DNA from: Podarcis pityusensis
Taxonomy: Eukaryota
Length of the DNA: 64,000 bases
Assembly: GCA_964106645.2 (NCBI GenBank)
Contig: OZ067050.1
Strand: one strand, 5' to 3'
In this document: one piece after another, positions 59,301 through 64,000 of the stretch
How the letters are laid out: every line of letters starts with the position of its first letter
How positions within the stretch are numbered: the first letter of the stretch is position 1
Translations under genes and position numbers: made by a program
Notes under the pieces: model-generated
Database searches by the model: none
What the model was told of the DNA's origin: nothing
The model's input: the letters and a program-made list of their open reading frames with translations, nothing else

Positions 59301-59993
59301 TCAGAAAATAGCCTACTACCACCACCCCTGTTCAGATTAGTGACTTTGAATCTGTTTAGTGACGAGTGTCCTCTGTGGCTAGGCTTCCTAGCTGGTGACA
59401 CTGGGGACTGTTTACTTTGCAGACTCTTTCTGTGGGCAGCACACTTTCCTTTCATCTGGCTTGGATTGATTTGCGGGGGCTGTGTCAGTCCCATCTCCTG
59501 TCAAGCTGAAGTAAGGACCAGATAAAGGTCACCTCCACACCATACATTTTAAGTTTGGAGCTGCGCTATAACTCAGCTCTTAGAAGCTAGATCTGCTGCA
59601 GCTCCTCCCATCTAGAATAGGGACGAGGAAGAAATTCATTCAGTTCACATTCTAATGCAAACCTACCTAATTCACATTTCCTGAACCAATCAGCTAGGGC
59701 TGAGGAGCCTTTTCCAGCCTGAAGGCCACATTCCCTTCTGGGGGCCACATGCCAGTGATGATTGGGGCCAGGAGCAAAAAGTGTACGGAAACAGGGCAAA
59801 CTGAACTTAAGGTTGGGAAAATGAGAAATTGAGAAACTGATGGATTTGTCCATCCTTAGGGAGGAGTAGTCGCACTTCTATTTCCTACATAAGCAGCCTC
59901 AGTTCCTGCCAGTCGTTTTTTTTTAGTGGGGTAAAAACAAAGCCTTCTTTGTTTTCAACATGTTCTAAATAGATAGATACTAAATGATAGATA

Positions 59994-60356
59994 GGGACGC
60001 GGGTGGCGCTGTGGGTAAAACCTCAGCGCCTAGGACTTGCCGATCACATGGTCGGTGGTTCGAATCCCCGCGGCGGTGTGTGCTCCCGTCGTTCAGTCCC
60101 AGCGCCTGCCAACCTAGCAGTTTCGAAAGCACCCCCGGGTGCAAGTAGATAAATAGGGACCGCTTACCAGCGGGAAGGTAAACGGCGTTCCGTGTGCTGC
60201 GCTGGTGCTGGCTCGCCAGATGCAGCTTGTCACGCTGGCCACGTGACCCAGAAGTGTCTGCGGACAGCGCTGGCTCCCGGCCTATAGAGTGAGATGAGCG
60301 CACAACCCTAGAGTCTGTCAAGACTGGCCCGTACGGGCAGGGGTACCTTTACCTTT
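59994..60356 (+). mobile_element. Full-length Sauria SINE
   Basis: GGGACGCGGGTGGCGCTGTGGGTAAAACC head, B box GGTTCGAATCC, TACCTTTACCTTT tail, 13-bp TSD TAAATGATAGATA; CpG-rich, so probably young. Confidence 0.93.
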
Positions 60357-60360
60357 AAAT

Positions 60361-60404
<44 letters not shown>
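60361..60404. repeat. (GATA)n microsatellite
   Basis: Direct inspection. Confidence 0.95.
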
Positions 60405-60886
60405 CTAAATAGATACTAAATGATTGTGATCCATGCCCTTTTATTGTGAAGCTTGATCACGTAGTCTTGTGTTGGGTAAGTGAATACTTAGTAGTGAAGA
60501 AAAAAGTACAAGGTAGAAGCAGGATTATTTGCGATCAGTGATGGGGACATTGATTGTAAAGTAATTGCAATGTGGCTTGGAAGATGAGTACCGTACTTTG
60601 TGCCTGGAGAGTACTGGAATACTGTATTCTTGTAGTTCTGTATATTGGATAAAATATGTTAAATAAAAAGTACTTTTCTGTGACACAATTTCAAACCAAA
60701 CGTTTCAATTGAGATTTAGACATGTCAGATCAGACTTCAGGTTGAGGTGGGAGAGGAAGAGATTTTGATGAATGTGACAAGATTCTCAGCAAACTTCAAT
60801 GGTCTCCTTTTAGATATATTGCAGACTAAGTTGCAAAAAAGTGGGAGAAAAAGAAAAGTGTATTTTAAGACTGTTTGTTGTGTGTG

Positions 60887-60892
<6 letters not shown>

Positions 60893-60926
<34 letters not shown>
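60893..60926. repeat. (TA)n microsatellite
   Basis: Direct inspection. Confidence 0.95.
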
Positions 60927-60927
<1 letters not shown>

Positions 60928-62567
60928 TTCATAGTAACTATAGCAATGAAGTCAAGCAGTCACCCTTTCTTTTTAAGTGAAGAGATCTGTGCCTTTCCAG
61001 ATATCAAGCACATGTAACAATAGCCACTCACTGTGTAGAACCGATAACATGGCTTGGAGTATAGGTTCTTCTAAGGAATAAGCACATGGACTGAAACAAG
61101 GGGAGGAATGGTGGATTTAAGATATTTTTGCTCTTTGGTGAATTAAAGTATTACTGTGGAGCTGCATGAAATGCAGTGTGGAAATTTTAAGGCCTCAGGA
61201 TGTTATTTAGCTAACCCCTAGCACACAAAAACAGGAGTATCCATCCACATAACAGCTTATGGAGACCAAAGTGTACCTCAAACGGGGAGAGCAGGTAGTC
61301 TGCAAAGTAAGTGACTCTGGCAAGTGAGCCCAGCTACATGCTACAGGAGAAAGGTGGCATCACCAGCTATGATATATAGTCATGGGGAAAATTACAGCTG
61401 TTGTCTATATCATGATATGCTATTGCCCATCCTTGAGCATGACATCAAATTAAGCACTGGAACGTAACAGATCCAAACCAGCAAAACTGGTCTCTAACGG
61501 CTAGATTTCTTTGAAAATACTTTAGGATTTCATCTTTTGCTGTATTAGAGGGCAGGACTGCAGATCTGCTGCAGTGCATTTAAATGCAGGCTGCAGATAA
61601 TGCCAGCTATGGCGTCAGGCAGGCGGGAGCCCTCCTCAAGGGACGCTTTCTAGCAGGTCCAGAGGATGTTTTCCTTGTCTTATGAACTAGTTCAGCTATT
61701 TATCAGGTAGATTTGCTCCAGGTTGTCAGAGACTCATTGTGCCTATATGCTTGTACTGCACTCTTGCAGTCCAAAACAATCTGTAGCATTTGGGGCTGTT
61801 TGATAAGTAATGCACTGAGAGCATTTGCCACATGCATGCTGATGTTCAGTGTGAAACTCATTAGATGTGAAACTCAGAAAAATGTTGATAAGAGACACAT
61901 AAGTGGACATAGGCCAGGGGGCTGAATGCAATCAGGGCTCCTTGGTGCGTGTCTAGTGCATGTCCCTCTGTGTGTGTCTGCAAACATTTCTAAGTCACAC
62001 TTTATGGTGTTTGCGGCTTCTGACGCCAGTGTACAAACAAAGGTGCATACAGAGCTGCCACTTTGGTATTAAGGAGCAGGGTTTCAGAGGACACTCAGGT
62101 TTTTTGATGTATGTACAGTTCTCACTGTATGTGTGTCTGCTGAACAAAAACCAGGGTGTGTGTGTGCTATGGTACAATGAATACTGGGCTTTATGAAGCT
62201 GCTCAAACGTGCCAACATGTGCAGACTTAGAGGGGTGGGGGAGAGAAATCTGGCTCACAAGATGGGACAGTACAGAAGGTGTTGCAAATTGTTTGTCTAA
62301 ATAACTGTTGCTAAGGGACTCGAAAGCAAGATGTGAGGAGGTCGTTTTTATGCGCTGGAACTACCAGGCATAAAGATCATGCTAGGCTGTGCTGCGTTAT
62401 TGAGTATAGACTGTCAGGGACAGCTAAAGGGTTTTTGTTGCCCTAGGTCAATTAAAATCCTCCCCTCCCCTGTGACTTACTGTAGGCTGAGCAGCATAAC
62501 CATAAAACATCAAATGGGCATGGGATGTTATTTTTGTTTTTAACTTCAATAATTGGACCATCATACC

Positions 62568-62704
62568 CAGGGCTTTTTTTTCAGCCAGAACTCACTGGAA
62601 TTCAGTTCCAGCACCTCTCAGGTGGGCACCATTGCTATTATAAGAGAACAAGGAAGGCGTTCATGGTGAGTTATGGCACCTCTTTTTCTAGAAAAATAGC
62701 ACTG
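62568..62704. mobile_element. hAT MITE (137 bp), copy 2
   Basis: CAGGGCTTTTT...AAAAATAGCACTG termini; perfect 8-bp TSD ATCATACC (62560-62567, 62705-62712). Confidence 0.9.
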
Positions 62705-64000
62705 ATCATACCACTCTACTCCACAGGTTTGGATTAAATTCTAGGCACCATCAGCTAACATACTTTAGACACTTCACTTCACATATAAGCATGCATTAGA
62801 AAACTTGATCAATCTAGTTCTGTCTCCAAGACATTAACATAGCTGAGGCAAGAGCCCCTGGCATTTCTGGTGCCCCAGGCAGTTCCCTGATTTACCTCTA
62901 GGACTGTGTCAGCCCTTCAGACTGTGAGGTGCCAGTGATATCAACTAATACAACTGTGTGAAAACTGGTTAGTGCGAAATATTCAATTTTGAGAAGTATG
63001 TGTGCTTCCACTATTCCATCCTGAAACCACCACCAGCTTCCAAACTAACTGCCTGTCGAGCATTCATTCTGATTGGTTTGCATGACGTTTGTGGGAGGTT
63101 ATACGTATGACATTGGCTGTTTATGGAGCATTCATTGAGATTTGTTTGTGAGGGGGTTATATCTTTCAACAAGCAATTGTTATCCAACACTTTCCAGTGC
63201 ACTTTCCTATCCCTTTCCTTGCTGCAAAAAGTTCAGGTTTTTTGAGCTTGGGGAGGGAAGTGGGTTTGTTGCACAAGAGCTCCAAATCCACTTTTATTGT
63301 GCAACCTGAATTTGCTGGTATGTGATTGAATTCCACCCACAAAATTGTAGTAGCCAGGAAACTCCCTAGTTTGCAACTCACAGCAGGACCAATGCTTGCA
63401 GCATTAGTACTCCTGAAGTCATTAAATTGAGCTGAATGGGATTTGGGGAAAAGAATTTGCTTGAGAATCACATCGCAAAAAGTTTTAATTTATATTTTCT
63501 TAACTAGATAATCTTTTTCAACCTTTCCTTCTATGGATTCTGTTAAGTAACAGATGTAGGACACAAATGTTTTATTTATACTTACCATTGTAGGGGAAGT
63601 GAACAGTTATTAGAGCAAGCTGTTAAATATTGGGGGATGGGGATTGTAGTTTTTGGTTTTCATGGTATCCTCCAGCAGTCTTGAGCACCATGCCAAATGA
63701 CTGTGGCCTTTTGTATTTAAGGAAAGTACACTAGAGTGCTACTTTTCAAATTATTTTCAATAATATCTAAAGGAAAAGAAAGAAATAAGATGTAGAATCA
63801 TTGTAGGGATACTACTGGAAAACATAAATAATCATAGGCAATGCTGTCAAGCATCCGTTTGTCAGAGCTACTTAAATTTCAGAAGCAGAATTTGAAAAAT
63901 GTTCGGAATTCCAAGGAAGTCAAACTTGAAAACTGTGCCTCAGTTATCAAATTTGACTAGCATTATTCTCCAGCTCTGCTTTTGAACAGGAGCCACGATC

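Noticed and set aside
1-64000. CRISPR arrays, rRNA, snoRNA, miRNA or prokaryotic/viral systems
   Set aside because: No repeat-spacer arrays or recognisable structured RNA genes were seen; the hairpins found belong to MITEs. An Infernal/Rfam scan would be needed to exclude small RNAs formally.

Overview
Vertebrate genomic DNA from a squamate reptile. The Sauria-type SINEs suggest a lizard, possibly a lacertid; the taxon is an inference. Positions 93-37410 carry all but the first ~65 codons of ATP6V0A1 (V-ATPase V0 subunit a1, + strand) as 18 core GT-AG exons. Three alternative-splicing elements are visible: a tandem 3' splice site adding AELHHQQ, an 18-nt microexon (PAVEEV) and a 75-nt in-frame cassette exon. 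The 3' UTR runs to about 39.1 kb. After about 12 kb of repeat-rich intergenic DNA comes the first coding exon of ASIC2 (ASIC2a isoform, + strand, 51257-51820), followed by a 200-N scaffold gap and intronic DNA to the window end. Mobile elements include a Tc1/mariner-class non-autonomous element, Tigger-like and hAT MITEs, two Sauria SINEs with target-site duplications, other tRNA-derived SINEs and L2 LINE fragments. The most notable observations are a chain of two ATGA stop/start-overlapping uORFs feeding into the ASIC2a frame, substitutions at ASIC2a residues implicated in proton gating, splicing-regulatory architecture around the ATP6V0A1 alternative exons, and an ATP6V0A1-ASIC2 adjacency that differs from human. 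Exon numbers follow the human gene by analogy. All homology calls are from recalled sequences; no database search was run.
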